A stretch of DNA of 63,991 nucleotides, the filler included, from Octopus bimaculoides (taxonomy: Eukaryota): the NCBI RefSeq assembly GCF_001194135.2. It is 6 parts of 6 records of this genome, joined end to end, with 100 filler letters (N's around TTAATTAATTAA, not from the genome) between each part and the next. Parts side by side here need not be neighbours in the genome. Positions count along the whole stretch, not along the records: positions 24,884 to 36,346 come from NC_068990.1; positions 36,447 to 54,543 come from NC_068988.1; 4 more parts are not named here. The stretch is one strand, 5' to 3'. A model generated the notes under the pieces. It ran no database searches and was not told the origin of the DNA. It worked only from the letters and a program-made list of their open reading frames with translations. This document shows positions 27,776-41,824 of the stretch, piece after piece (the first letter of the stretch is position 1; every line of letters starts with the position of its first letter). The position numbers and the translations under genes are program-made.

Positions 27776-29009
27776 TAATGCTCACAGCAAATTTACTGTT
27801 TTCCACGTCCCGGAGTGAGTCTGGGAACAACTTCTAGAAAACATAACAGCAACAATAACGAAATCATATTGATCCTTTCATTCCGAGTTGGATACAAGGT
27901 CAGGAATTCCAATAGGGTGGGAAAATCGATTACAACGACTCACGTACTTTAGTGGTGTCTTATTTTATCGAACTCGAAGGATGAAAAATGACCTTGAGAG
28001 AAGTTGGAACATAAAAACCCAAAGCAATATAATTGCTATGATCAGAATATTTCATATGAACCGCAGAAATTGATTAGTATTATTTATTCTATGAAGCCCT
28101 TAAAAGATAGAAGATAGATACGATATTGGCAAAATTTGAACTTAGAATATATCGCGTTGAAACTAAATACTGCAAAGAGTTTTGTCCACCGTTCTAACGA
28201 CTCTTCGTATCCAAAAATAATACTCTTGGTCAGACGAAGAATGTTCTTAAGTAAAAGCGGATTAAAATCCAGCTTGAATCACGTGGTTAGCTTAGCCATG
28301 TCGTGCATTAGAATAAGTTGGGATGCATCTTACCTTAGAAAACTAGTATGTAGCCAAGTTGAATTATCATTATATTGTTATGGTAATGTAATGGGGAGAG
28401 GATAAGTACAGGGATGAAGTAATAAGAAATAGGATTATTCAGATATGTTGTTAGTGCTATTGTATGTCTTCTTTCATCGATAAATCGATGAAACAGTAGG
28501 GAAGGTAAGATTCTGTCATAAGAGCTTGCGGAATATGAACATTTCAATTTATTACAATTGATATAACACAGGAGAATGTAGAATGTGTATATATATATAT
28601 ATATATATATATTTGAGTCAACCTTAGTGTGTGTACATGTGGTGGGGATGTATTTTGCCTTTCTCTATTTATATGCATATAATGATCAACACATTTTGAT
28701 ACGATTGAAGCAATTACTCGAAATTTCATAACATGAGATGAGTATGAATCTACGGTACCTGTAGTTAATCACGCGTATATCTATTTATTTCTTTGCATAT
28801 GATTGAAGCAATTGATCCAGTTTTTATAACCCTGGGTGAACATGGATCAAAGTATATCTGTGTTGAAACCACCCGAGTTAAAGAACCGGTACGTTACACA
28901 GCCTTACCTTTTTTTAAATAAGAAGAAATCTTTGGAACTGTTGGCCATTTTCTTCAGACACCGCTTAAAGGGTCCATCGAATAAATCGACCCCAATATTA
29001 ATGTTTTTT

Positions 29010-29098
29010 ATGATGAAAGGCAAAGTCGAAATCGGCGGAATCTGAACTCAGAACGTAAAGATAGACGAAATACCGCTAAGGATTTCGCCCGGCTTGCA
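29010..29098 (-). mobile_element. Partial SINE family A
   Basis: GATGAAAGGCAAAGTCGA...GAACTCAGAACGTAAAG...GAAATACCGCTAAG...TTCGCCCGG. Confidence 0.8.

Positions 29099-29100
<2 letters not shown>

Positions 29101-29157
<57 letters not shown>
29101..29157. repeat. (TAA)19 microsatellite
   Basis: Direct count. Confidence 0.95.
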
Positions 29158-29160
<3 letters not shown>

Positions 29161-30155
29161 CTACTGCAAAAATACCTATTCCAGAAGCAAGGAAAACTAA
29201 TACAAATAGCCACAAAACACGAGCAAAACAAAAAACTGTTTTCAGTGTTTAAGGAAGCTGACAAATACAAACAAGAAATCAATCTACCTAACAAATACGA
29301 AGAAGAAGAAGAAGAANNNNNNNNNNNNNNNNNNNNNNNNNNNNNNNNNNNNNNNNNNNNNNNNNNNNNNNNNNNNNNNNNNNNNNNNNNNNNNNNNNNN
29401 NNNNNNNNNNNNNNNNNNNNNNNNNNNNNNNNNNNNNNNNNNNNNNNNNNNNNNNNNNNNNNNNNNNNNNNNNNNNNNNNNNNNNNNNNNNNNNNNNNNN
29501 NNNNNNNNNNNNNNNNNNNNNNNNNNNNNNNNNNNNNNNNNNNNNNNNNNNNNNNNNNNNNNNNNNNNNNNNNNNNNNNNNNNNNNNNNNNNNNNNNNNN
29601 NNNNNNNNNNNNNNNNNNNNNNNNNNNNNNNNNNNNNNNNNNNNNNNNNNNNNNNNNNNNNNNNNNNNNNNNNNNNNNNNNNNNNNNNNNNNNNNNNNNN
29701 NNNNNNNNNNNNNNNNNNNNNNNNNNNNNNNNNNNNNNNNNNNNNNNNNNNNNNNNNNNNNNNNNNNNNNNNNNNNNNNNNNNNNNNNNNNNNNNNNNNN
29801 NNNNNNNNNNNNNNNNNNNNNNNNNNNNNNNNNNNNNNNNNNNNNNNNNNNNNNNNNNNNNNNNNNNNGAATAACAACAGAAACAATTCTTATTATAGTA
29901 GGTGCCTTAAGTATAATAAAAAAATATTCAGACAAATACATAACAAAAACACCAGGACTTACAAATATATATAACATACAGAAAATTGCACTACTGGGCA
30001 CTGCACACATCCTACGCAAAACACTTTCAATACAGTAACCATAAAAGCACCACAGCAAACCACAGCACATACCCAAGGCGCACAGAGCTGCGCTCGGTAG
30101 TGAAGTGAAAGCACGTTATAAAAATAAAACTACTGAACAATAATAATAATAATAA
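29158..30155 (+). mobile_element. 5'-truncated young R4/Dong-like LINE spanning an N gap, flanked by (TAA)n on both sides
   Basis: Open frame 29158-29316 (YLLQKYLFQKQGKLIQIATKHEQNKKLFSVFKEADKYKQE). After the gap, TETILIIVGAL...LGTAHILRKTLSIQ* plus UTR. Continuity across the gap is inferred. Confidence 0.8.
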
Positions 30156-30283
30156 AAAGGCTTTGACAAGCATACCACATTCATGGATCTTGGAATCGCT
30201 GGATATCTTCAAAATTTCTCTTGTGATTTCAAACTCCCTCAAGCACAACATGTCAGCATGGAATACGAAAATCCAATTATAAC
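30156..30283 (+). mobile_element. Short R4-type RT fragment between TAA-rich tracts
   Basis: KA..SIPHSWILESLDIFKI...LKHNMSAWNT resembles the KAFDSVPHSWI RT motif. Confidence 0.7.
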
Positions 30284-30488
30284 AATAATTATAATAATAA
30301 TGGAGTACTGACGACGAGAAATATTAATATCAACTGCGGCATTTTCCAAGGTGACTCACTTTCACCTTTAATTTTTGGCATATCCCTTATACCCCTTACA
30401 AGTGAACTTAACAGAACATGCATAGGCATTCACATCTGACCACATGCATAGGCACTCACATACATTAACACACGCACACACATACAAA

Positions 30489-30722
30489 GGCGGTGAGCTG
30501 GTAGAATCGTTAGCACGCCGGGCGAAATGCTTAGCGGTATTTCGTCTGCCGCTACGTTCTGAGTTCAAATTCCGTCGAGGTCGACTTTGCCGTTCATCCT
30601 TTACCAGGGTCGATAAAATAAGTGCCAGCTACACACTGGGGTCGATGTAATCGACTTAATCCGTTTGTCTGTCCTTGTTTGTCCCCTTCTGTGTGTAGCC
30701 CCTTGTGAGTAGTAAAGAAACA
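30489..30722 (+). mobile_element. SINE family A, full length, tail type 1, with 13-bp TSD
   Basis: TSD ACACACATACAAA at 30476-30488 and 30723-30735. Confidence 0.92.
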
Positions 30723-31638
30723 ACACACATACAAATTTATACATGCAAGAATACCTATTCAGAGAGCGAGAGTTAAGTACTTAGATATATACAAGCATAT
30801 ATAAATAAATAGATATACATGTATATTTATATTTGTGCATGCGTGTGTACGTGCGTGTGTTTTGTGTGTGCGTGTGTTTGTCCTCGCGTGCGCGTGTACG
30901 TATGCATGTATGTATACGCATAAGCCTTGATGTGTATACAATGTGAATATCACAGTTTGTGTGATTATGTGTACCTACAGCAATAAAATACCGCATGGAC
31001 GCTGGATGTGAAAGTGAGGCTCCAGCGAACACAGATGCAAGCGCACAGTGAAGTAGGCAAAAGTTAAAACGATTGACATCGACTTTAAACAGAATAAAAA
31101 AAGGACAGATGTGCCAGAGGATAGGTTAGAAAGTTTATCTTTCTAGATGAAGGAGCAGTGAAATATAGAAAGACGTCTTTAGAAATAACAATGAGTTTAC
31201 ATGCACAGACAGACATTTATTTACGTGCATGTAATATATTCTTTTATTTGTTTCAGCCGTACTGGAACACAGACAGATAGATAGATACACACACACACAC
31301 ATATATATATATTTATGTATATTTATGTATTTATATATACGTATATATATATATATATATATNNNNNNNNNNNNNNNNNNNNNNNNNNNNNNNNNNNNNN
31401 NNNNNNNNNNNNNNNNNNNNNNNNNNNNNNNNNNNNNNNNNNNNNNNNNNNNNNNNNNNNNNNNNNNNNNNNNNNNNNNNNNNNNNNNNNNNNNNNNNNN
31501 NNNNNNNNNNNNNNNNNNNNNNNNATAAATCTTTTAAAAATATGGTGTCTATTTACTTTTGAAATGTTTGAGTGAGTGTGTGTGTGAGTGTGTGTGTGTG
31601 TGTGTGAGAGCGTGTGTGTATGTGTGTGTGTGTGTGGC

Positions 31639-31670
<32 letters not shown>

Positions 31671-32072
31671 GCATAAATGAAAATAGCTAAACACCCAAAC
31701 AAGTGACCACATTTCCATTCCGCTACTGAGGACATTTTGGACCTGCAACCGTCAATAGATAAGCCGGCGATGACATGATGAAATTTCATCTAGTTGAATG
31801 GCGACTAAAATATATAACAAAAAGTAAATACATCTCTTGCAGGTGCAGGTCCTCGCCAGCGTAACTGACATAACACACCTTCATGATCTCACAAACCACA
31901 ACATATGCACAAATTATATAAAGTACGCAGAAACATTGGTAAAAGTTACGTATGAACACTCTTCCTTAAATGTATCGAAATACGGAACAGGGAAGGAAAA
32001 GCGAGTCTAAAGAGAAACGACTGAGGTAGAAACTAAGAGAAATCGATAGTTTGATAAAATGTTTTTTTTTCT

Positions 32073-32260
32073 TCATCTTGTTTCAATCATTAGACTGCGG
32101 CCATGCTGGGGCACCATCTTGAGGAATCTTGGACGGAGTAATCGACCCAATGATATTTATTCAATCGGCGTCTTTTGTCGAACAGCTAATTACGGGGATG
32201 TAAACACACCAACACCGGTTTAAAACTGTGGTGTGGGACAAACACACACACACATATGTG
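32073..32260 (-). mobile_element. 3' half of SINE family B
   Basis: CTTGTTTCAATCATTAGACTGCGGCCATGCTGGGGCACC...GGGGATGTAAACACACCAACACCGG. Confidence 0.75.
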
Positions 32261-33139
32261 TATATATATATGTGTGTGTGTGTGTTGAAACTAGGAAAGG
32301 AAAAGGAAATTAAGCCACGGACTTTATAAATACAACCACACTCTCAGCTCGTTTTGTGACTTAACTGAAGTCACAGTATTTTGTGGGTGGGTTACTGGCT
32401 AGCTGGCTGGTGTAGATAATCCCATTATCCTCAGTACTAACTTCTATATCAATGAAGCCATCCCTGGAAGTATTAAAAGGAAAGTAGATCTCGGTTGAAG
32501 CTAGTCTCAGAACTTAAAGTAAAAAGACCTGATTAAATATATATTACATTACCTCTGCTATTCTTTCGATTTTCTGAAGCAGATATCCTTAAATAAACAA
32601 AGTAAATATTAAAATGAATGAACACTGCTTATAACGTCAAAAGGAGATTAGACAGCAAGAATTGAACAATATTTCTGTGTTAATGAGAGTATGTCTTGAG
32701 GGCCTTTGACAGCCACCTGCTGTATTTCAGAAAACATTGGATTTCAAATGGAACAAACGTCAATAACAGAAAAGAAAATAAAGAAAAAGAAAAGAAGACA
32801 TAAAGAGGATCGAGTTTTCTAAATACCGTCTCATATGATTGCTTTTTAATAAAAACTACCGATAAACATATTGTGAAAGGAAGAAACTCCATACGAGGTA
32901 AAAAGGTCGAACGATACTGTGAACATAAATTTGTTACGAGAAACATTTAGCCAGAATATCTGTATGTCTGTTTGTCTGTCTACATGTATGTATCTATACA
33001 TGAATGTGCGTATGTATTTATGTCTCAATTTTTAATATATTACACATATAACTGAAAACATGTGTACCAGGTCTGAACGTATATGCTGCTTGAATTTTAA
33101 TGTGTGTGTCAGTAAAAATACGCACTACACACACAATAA

Positions 33140-33186
<47 letters not shown>

Positions 33187-35876
33187 NNNNNNNNNNNNNN
33201 NNNNNNNNNNNNNNNNNNNNNNNNNNNNNNNNNNNNNNNNNNNNNNNNNNNNNNNNNNNNNNNNNNNNNNNNNNNNNNNNNNNNNNNNNNNNNNNNNNNN
33301 NNNNNNNNNNNNNNNNNNNNNNNNNNNNNNNNNNNNNNNNNNNNNNNNNNNNNNNNNNNNNNNNNNNNNNNNNNNNNNNNNNNNNNNNNNNNNNNNNNNN
33401 NNNNNNNNNNNNNNNNNNATCATAAATATATAGGGATTGACAGTAACCTGCTTCTCCAACATACTGAGAATTCAGAAATAGCAGTCAAAGAACTACTGAT
33501 TTCAAAACTACAAATTATTACTCCAGATTGATAGCGATATTTTTGATACATACAGAACAAAAAACAGTAGAGAAGAGTAAAAAACCACCTGCCTTTAGTT
33601 AATTTAGTACGATCGTTTCACAGTTAAGAGTAAAGAATACTCTATTCTGATCTTCAGCTAAATATTCCAATAAATTTGTTAACGTCTAAATAACTCACGT
33701 TAATTTTGACCATGCGACATCAATACCACGTGAGGAAGACGTTAAGAAATTTATCGGCCAGTGATTTCAAAATTCCTCGCCCTAATGAATTCAATTCAGT
33801 GTGCATCATAAATAGTCCCGCATAGAAAAGAGACCCGTACGAACTTCTTGCGGTTTAACTATTCACCTTAGAGGTATTATTAAAATATAGATATGCAGGG
33901 CAGTGAATCGTCAATTAGTAATAAAATTAATAATTAACAATTTTGCCGGGTATATATATATATATATATATATATATAAGACAAGTTATAGATAATGGTC
34001 AATACACATCTTTTCTTTTATTAGAAAATTATTCTGCTTTGTTATAACCAAAAATTGCTCTGACGAAAATAGCATTAATTTATTTTAGGCCGTTCAATTT
34101 TTCTCAACCAATCAATAGACCAATTGACTAACGTACTAATAAGGACTACTGGAAACAGCTGTAAGCTAAATTTGCTCTTATAAAGGAAAAATATTTAATA
34201 ACCATTATCTATAACTTGTCTTATATATCACTCTTTAAAAACCAGTTTTTCTGGAGCCCAATTACAGATTTACAATATAGATTTGCGATGAACCATAACC
34301 TCGAAGTTTTCTGCCACAAGAATACTTGGAGCTCTTCACTAATCGAAACACTACTTTGCCCGGATTGATAACACTGGGGAACATGAAAATTAGTGCCTCA
34401 GATATTACTCCATTTTTTAGGTAAGTTTTGGTCTCTGATTCTAAATATGCCATTACTTTTTTTTTCCTTCACCTGTGGTAACTAAGATATAATATACCTC
34501 CAATTTTAAGGCATACGACCAATGAGACACTAGGACTGATATCTACAAATCATTATTTTTGCCTTATGGATTAATAAAGCGAATCCATACACGGAGAATT
34601 TACATCAAGGAATGAGATAATAATGAAACAAACATAGAAAGTTGCATTCTGCTCATTTACTCAGATATCTCACAAAAGCCTCTCTTCATTTGCTTTACTT
34701 TCATATCTATTTATATATTGTTCGATGTATACTTCTTATCTAAGATATCAGATGATGACTTGCGGAACATTTTACTGTTATTTGTAGCAGTTCATTCACA
34801 TGCACGGGATTCATTTGTTATTGTTCTTTCTCAGTGCCATAGAATATTTCATCTTCCATGAATTTTGTTTATTGTTCTTCATATCTTATGTATTTTTAAA
34901 AGATGATATATTTTTTATCCACCAGGAAAAAGTGTACTTTGAACAAATTTGCATTTGAAACAGCCGTCTCTAGCTTCTAGCATTTAGCGCTACAAATAGT
35001 CTTCCTTCCATGATCGTTGACAAACCATTTTCTTTGATATTTAACTGTGAACTAGTTGAAAGAAAATAATTGCCTGGGAAGCTGTGATGAATATAGATAA
35101 ATCATGTTTCAACTTAAATCTAACATCTAAAGGATAGTTGCAATTCGGATACTTCAAAAATTATAAGACCGAGAAAATGATAGGACAAATTTCAAAAGAA
35201 ATTCCGGGAATGAAATAAGAAATAATAAAGAACTTCAGAGCCGGAGGAACGTCTAAGATAAAAGTCTGAAACCTGAGCGAAAATTGGACACAGAATCATC
35301 ACATGTACACACAATCATAATGATAGCCAAGATATGGTGCAAATTAAATCTTATTTACAGATTGTCCAATTAAACTGCGTCAGTTTCAAATTAGCTGTTT
35401 CAGTTCGTTCTTAATGGTCCTTAGAGTTTATAGGATGTTGACTAATATTTAATCTCATTCATTTGTTGGAACTATGTAATTTCACTCCTCGTGGCAAATA
35501 AACCTACTGACATCGAGAAACTCTCTACGCTTTATTACATAATTTCATATTTCCTTTTATTACACTTGAAAATGTTTCAAGTTACCCAGAAACCGATCTA
35601 GATTATTGGCAGAACCATTAGCGCGCTGTGGGATATGTATTATTACGTAATGAATTCAAATGTAACTAACATCAACTTCACTTTCCATTCTTACTGAATC
35701 AATAAACAGAGCTACATATAATTTCGGTGATTCCTGAGAGAGTTGGGTGTAGCCAGGTTCTGAAGTTAGAGGGAGCGAACACATAAAAGAAGGAACCGTA
35801 ACACATACCAAACAGCACTCCGCGCTGACAATAGAATTGTACTTAATAAGATCTCGAATGTCATTGTTCTTTCTAG

Positions 35877-36203
35877 ACAGATCGACCCAAGACTTATTCT
35901 TTGTAAGCCTAGTACTTATTCTATCGGTGTCTCTTTTGCCGAACCGCTAGGTTACGGGGACGTAAACACACCAGCATCGCATGTCAAGCGATGTTCGGGG
36001 GACAAACACAGACACATAAGCACACACACACACACATACATATATACAATGGGCTTCTTTCAGTTTCCGTCTACCGAATCGACTCACAAAGCTTTGGTCG
36101 GCCCGTGGGTATAATAGAAGACACTTGCCCAAGGTGCCAAGCAGTGGGACTGAACCCGGAACCATGTGGCTGGTAAGCAAGATACTTACGACACAGCCAC
36201 TCA
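35877..36203 (-). mobile_element. SINE family B (OR-like, tRNA head), near complete
   Basis: Reverse complement of GAGTGGCTGTGT..TAAG..CTTGCTTACCAGCCACATGGTTCCGGGTTCAGTCCCACTG..GGCACCTTGGGCAAGTGTCTTC..; has an internal CA repeat. Confidence 0.9.
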
Positions 36204-36279
36204 TGTATATAAGCACGCACATGTATATGTATATTTACATCTCTTTCTGTCTATAGATGTCTCTATCTATTTATCTCTC

Positions 36280-36321
<42 letters not shown>

Positions 36322-36390
36322 CCTATATATATATATATATATATATNNNNNNNNNNNNNNNNNNNNNNNNNNNNNNNNNNNNNNNNNNNN

Positions 36391-36402
36391 TTAATTAATT
36401 AA
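36391..36402. other. Artificial TTAATTAATTAA spacer in a 100-bp gap
   Basis: 44 N + 12 + 44 N. Confidence 0.95.
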
Positions 36403-36611
36403 NNNNNNNNNNNNNNNNNNNNNNNNNNNNNNNNNNNNNNNNNNNNCAGTCCCTCGAGCCGACCAAAGACTTGTGAGTAGATTTGGTAGATGAAGACTGA
36501 AAGAAGCCCGACGTATATATGTATTTATGTATAGATTGATACATATATATATAGACAGATATGTATATCTATATGCATAAGTGTATGTATATATTCTCCT
36601 ATCGTTTTATT

Positions 36612-36752
36612 GTTTTACTTTTTTACTTGTTCCAGTCATCTGACTGCGGCCATGATGGAGTACCACCTTTATTCGAAGAAATCGACCCCAGGACTTATTC
36701 TTTTTTTTATGCCTGGTACTTATACTATCAGGCCCTTTTGCCAAACCGCTTG
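36612..36752 (-). mobile_element. 3' fragment of SINE family B
   Basis: TTACTTGTTCCAGTCATCTGACTGCGGCCATG...AATCGACCCCAGGACTTATTC. Confidence 0.8.
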
Positions 36753-36938
36753 GNNNNNNNNNNACCTATCGATTACATTTCAGTTGTTCGCTTTGCGTAT
36801 TAAATAAAAGATTGTGAAAATTAGAGGTGTCTATTTACTTCCTGCATGTCTGAGTATATTGTTACGTATAAATGTATGTATGTACGTGTGCATGAACATA
36901 AAGAAATGAAATGAGTATTAATTGTTCGTTAGTGTACC

Positions 36939-37055
36939 GAAGAAGAAGAAGAAGAAGAAGAAGAAGAAGAAGAAGAAGAAGAAGAAGAAGAAGAAGAAGA
37001 AGAAGAAGAAGACGATGATGATAATGATGACGATGATGATGATGATGAGGATGAT
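36939..37055. repeat. (GAA)24 followed by imperfect (GAT)n
   Basis: Direct inspection. Confidence 0.95.
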
Positions 37056-38005
37056 TAATACCTTACTAGGGTTAATTATGATGAACCTTGTGGTGCACAC
37101 ATACGACTTTTGACGAATATCTATGTATGTGTGTTAATATGTCCATATGTATGTATAGACAGATAAATTTAATTGATATATATATATATATATATATANN
37201 NNNNNNNNNNNNNNNNNNNNNNNNNNNNNNNNNNNNNNNNNNNNNNNNNNNNNNNNNNNNNNNNNNNNNNNNNNNNNNNNNNNNNNNNNNNNNNNNNNNN
37301 NNNNNNNNNNNNNNNNNNNNNNNNNNNNNNNNNNNNNNNNNNNNNNNNNNNNNNNNNNNNNNNNNNNNNNNNNNNNNNNNNNNNNNNNNNNNNNNNNNNN
37401 NNNNNNNNNNNNNNNNNNNNNNNNNNNNNNNNNNNNNNNNNNNNNNNNNNNNNNNNNNNNNNNNNNNNNNNNNNNNNNNNNNNNNNNNNNNNNNNNNNNN
37501 NNNNNNNNNNNNNNNNNNNNNNNNNNNNNNNNNNNNNNNNNNNNNNNNNNNNNNNNNNNNNNNNNNNNNNNNNNNNNNNNNNNNNNNNNNNNNNNNNNNN
37601 NNNNNNNNNNNNNNNNNNNNNNNNNNNNNNNNNNNNNNNNNNNNNNNNNNNNNNNNNNNNNNNNNNNNNNNNNNNNNNNNNNNNNNNNNNNNNNNNNNNN
37701 NNNNNNNNNNNNNNNNNNNNNNNNNNNNNNNNNNNNNNNNNNNNNNNNNNNNNNNNNNNNNNNNNNNNNNNNNNNNNNNNNNNNNNNNNNNNNNNNNNNN
37801 NNNNNNNNNNNNNNNNNNNNNNNNNNNNNNNNNNNNNNNNNNNNNNNNNNNNNNNNNNNNNNNNNNNNNNNNNNNNNNNNNNNNNNNNNNNNNNNNNNNN
37901 NNNNNNNNNNNNNNNNNNNNNNNNNNNNNNNNNNNNNNNNNNNNNNNNNNNNNNNNNNNNNNNNNNNNNNNNNNNNNNNNNNNNNNNNNNNNNNNNNNNN
38001 NNNNN

Positions 38006-38065
<60 letters not shown>

Positions 38066-39422
38066 GGATTAAAATGAAATCCAGACTGAAAGAAAAAAGT
38101 ACACACCAGCAGCGTTTGTTTTTATTATCTCAGTTGGAGGGCCAAATATACCGAGTTACACTCTAAATTAGTAGCTGCAATTTGAATTTGCCAACTTAAT
38201 TATCCTCGTTTTTTCTACATTCTAATCTCCCCAGTAATTCTCCGTGGCATATAATAATACTCTTTACTGTGTCTCAACCTTTCCCTACATTTGAGAATTT
38301 ACGAAACTCTGATCGGGGATTCTATTATATAGCTATGTAAATAATCACTAGTTATACACACACACACACACAATCTATTTGTAGCATCATAATCAATAAA
38401 AATAATAAACAAAAAACAACACAAGATTAAGAACAGTTTAACTGCGTTATTTGAAGTGACGACTGAACACGTACAATACATACATACAAACATACATACA
38501 CACACACATACATACATACAGATAGACAAACAGAATATGTATACATGCACACACACACATGTATATATACATATATGTAAGAAGACGCAACATTACGTTT
38601 GACCCCCTGGTCGAAGACTGATGGGGTTTTGGTGACCTGTGTCTATTTTCCGTTTGTTTGTGCATTTATATCTTTTTTAATTTATATATGTGTGTGTGTG
38701 TGTGTGTGTGTATGTGTGTGTCTGTATGTATATATGTATGTATGTAGATGTTTATATTTTTGTATGTGTGTGAGTGTATATATATATATATATATCTTTA
38801 TATATATATANNNNNNNNNNNNNNNNNNNNNNNNNNNNNNNNNNNNNNNNNNNNNNNNNNNNNNNNNNNNNNNNNNNNNNNNNNNNNNNNNNNNNNNNNN
38901 NNNNNNNNNNNNNNNNNNNNNNNNNNNNNNNNNNNNNNNNNNNNNNNNNNNNNNNNNNNNNNNNNNNNNNNNNNNNNNNNNNNNNNNNNNNNNNNNNNNN
39001 NNNNNNNNNNNNNNNNNNNNNNNNNNNNNNNNNNNNNNNNNNNNNNNNNNNNNNNNNNNNNNNNNNNNNNNNNNNNNNNNNNNNNNNNNNNNNNNNNNNN
39101 NNNNNNNNNNNNNNNNNNNNNNNNNNNNNNNNNNNNNNNNNNNNNNNNNNNNNNNNNNNNNNNNNNNNNNNNNNNNNNNNNNNNNNNNNNNNNNNNNNNN
39201 NNNNNNNNNNNNNNNNNNNNNNNNNNNNNNNNNNNNNNNNNNNNNNNNNNNNNNNNNNNNNNNNNNNNNNNNNNNNNNNNNNNNNNNNNNNNNNNNNNNN
39301 NNNNNNNNNNNNNNNNNNNNNNNNNNNNNNNNNNNNNNNNNNNNNNNNNNNNNNNNNNNNNNNNNNNNNNNNNNNNNNNNNNNNNNNNNNNNNNNNNNNN
39401 NNNNNNNNNNNNNNNNNNNNNN

Positions 39423-39456
<34 letters not shown>

Positions 39457-40149
39457 CAAGAGATAGATAGATAGATAGATAAAGACAGTGAGAGAGAGAG
39501 AGAGCGGGGTGTGTAATAGAAAGAGAGATAGGTAGATATCTTATTTGACTACTGTGTCTCTGCAACTTAGTTTTAGGAGGTTATATTTAACTGCACAGTT
39601 CAACTGAATACTCGCTTGTGGATTGAATATTAACAAATAAAAAGCAAACGAAAATACAGACTCACTCAGGCACATAGACACACAGACACATACACAAACA
39701 CACTAAAGATTTTCATCTACTCATTTCCACTTAAGCTAAATTTTATACTAAATTAGTCAATTGTTCAACATACTTATGCACTATGAAAGCTTTTCTTGAT
39801 CTGGGATAGGCATGGCCGACATAAACAGGATATAAAACAATAGCTTATGACACTCTGTTTTTGTATTACTCTATTCAATTATCCATTATCTTAGAAAAGG
39901 ATGCTAATGTCTTCAAGGATTGTCTTATTTTAGGTCTTAAGGTTGCAGTCGCATTGATGTTTTGGGATTTCTTTTTTGTTTATCTTTGTGCGGAATTTGC
40001 ATCTGATTAGAATATCTATTTTATTACTGTAGCTTTGATATGATATACTTCCAGCCATCATTAATGACAATTGTCACAATATGAACTGCACACATACACG
40101 CGCGCGCGCGCATAAGATAGATAGATAGAGAGAGAGATAAACGGATAGA

Positions 40150-40471
40150 TGCAAGCATGGATATGTGATAAGAAGTTTGCTTCTCAACTACATGATTTCA
40201 GTTTCAATCTAGCGTGGCATCATGGGCAAGTGTCGCCAACTATAAATCCGGGCCAACAAAAAGCTTTGTAAGTGGATTTGGTAGACAGAAACTGAAAAAA
40301 GGCCCATTGCTGACTAGTTTATAACTCCGTTACTTAGCTGTTCGACATGAGAGACTGACAGAGTCAGTACCAGGCTTTAAAAAAATAAGTTCTGTGTTTG
40401 GTTTCTTCGACTAAAATCCTTCAAGGCGGTGCCCGAGTATGGCTGCAGTCCAATAATTGAAACAAGTAAAA

Positions 40472-40476
<5 letters not shown>
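40150..40476 (+). mobile_element. Diverged SINE family B
   Basis: ATGGGCAAGTGTC...GTGGATTTGGTAGACAGAAACTGAAA...TCAAGGCGGTGCCC...TTGAAACAAGTAAAAGAATA. Confidence 0.8.
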
Positions 40477-40512
<36 letters not shown>

Positions 40513-41289
40513 CAATTAAACCTTGGGAGAGGCATTATGCCGGTAATAAACACACGCACTGGTTCAGTCCTTTATTAATTTATATAGTTTTTTGTTAAAT
40601 TATTTCATTGCACTCTTGCAATCTNNNNNNNNNNNNNNNNNNNNNNNNNNNNNNNNNNNNNNNNNNNNNNNNNNNNNNNNNNNNNNNNNNNNNNNNNNNN
40701 NNNNNNNNNNNNNNNNNNNNNNNNNNNNNNNNNNNNNNNNNNNNNNNNNNNNNNNNNNNNNNNNNNNNNNNNNNNNNNNNNNNNNNNNNNNNNNNNNNNN
40801 NNNNNNNNNNNNNNNNNNNNNNNNNNNNNNNNNNNNNNNNNNNNNNNNNNNNNNNNNNNNNNNNNNNNNNNNNNNNNNNNNNNNNNNNNNNNNNNNNNNN
40901 NNNNNNNNNNNNNNNNNNNNNNNNNNNNNNNNNNNNNNNNNNNNNNNNNNNNNNNNNNNNNNNNNNNNNNNNNNNNNNNNNNNNNNNNNNNNNNNNNNNN
41001 NNNNNNNNNNNNNNNNNNNNNNNNNNNNNNNNNNNNNNNNNNNNNNNNNNNNNNNNNNNNNNNNNNNNNNNNNNNNNNNNNNNNNNNNNNNNNNNNNNNN
41101 NNNNNNNNNNNNNNNNNNNNNNNNNNNNNNNNNNNNNNNNNNNNNNNNNNNNNNNNNNNNNNNNNNNNNNNNNNNNNNNNNNNNNNNNNNNNNNNNNNNN
41201 NNNNNNNNNNNNNNNNNNNNNNNNNNNNNNNNNNNNNNNNNNNNNNNNNNNNNNNNNNNNNNNATATATATATATATATATATATATAA

Positions 41290-41450
41290 TGACAGCTTGG
41301 CACCAGTGACGTCGCAACTCATTTTTACAGCTGAGGGAACTGGAGTGAACTGGAATAGTGTAAAATAAAGTATTGCTGAGAAATACAACACACAGCCCGG
41401 TCCGGGAATCGAGCCAACTAAGTTATGATTATGAGCCCGATACTCTAAGC
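41290..41450 (-). mobile_element. SINE family D fragment
   Basis: GCACCAGTGACGTCGCAACTCATTTTTACAGCTGAG..GGAGTGAAC matches the reverse complement of 57575-57635. Confidence 0.65.
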
Positions 41451-41824
41451 AGAAGGATATAAGTTTGCAATAAAACAACGTTCAGGAACATTAATGATTT
41501 ATTGGCGTCGAAGGTTGTTGGCTTTTCTTATATTGAAGTTCTATAAGCTGCAAAAATGTTTATAGTTCACGGTTAGCAACTCGAGTTGCTATGAATGCGA
41601 AAAAAAAAATCCAAATTGAGAGTGTGCAGCAGGTAAAATCCAGGCGACACATGTCTCCTAGCTAGCCGATCCTCTGATGTTATTATTGCTTAATGAAGGG
41701 TGCCCAGCTAGTTATACATCAGATACCTTAATTATCTGAAGGTTACATTGTCTGAAGGATATTCTAAGTTTGAAATGTGTGTGTGTGTGTGCGTGACTAC
41801 ATATGTTCAACCATTCTCAAATAG

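Noticed and set aside
34281-34426. Possible exon ending at a strong AG|GTAAGT donor (34421)
   Set aside because: The only open frame lacks a good acceptor, and the peptide is unrecognisable; a single donor match is expected by chance.
37072-41478. Long ORFs of 230-344 aa in the track
   Set aside because: They consist of N runs and dinucleotide repeats.
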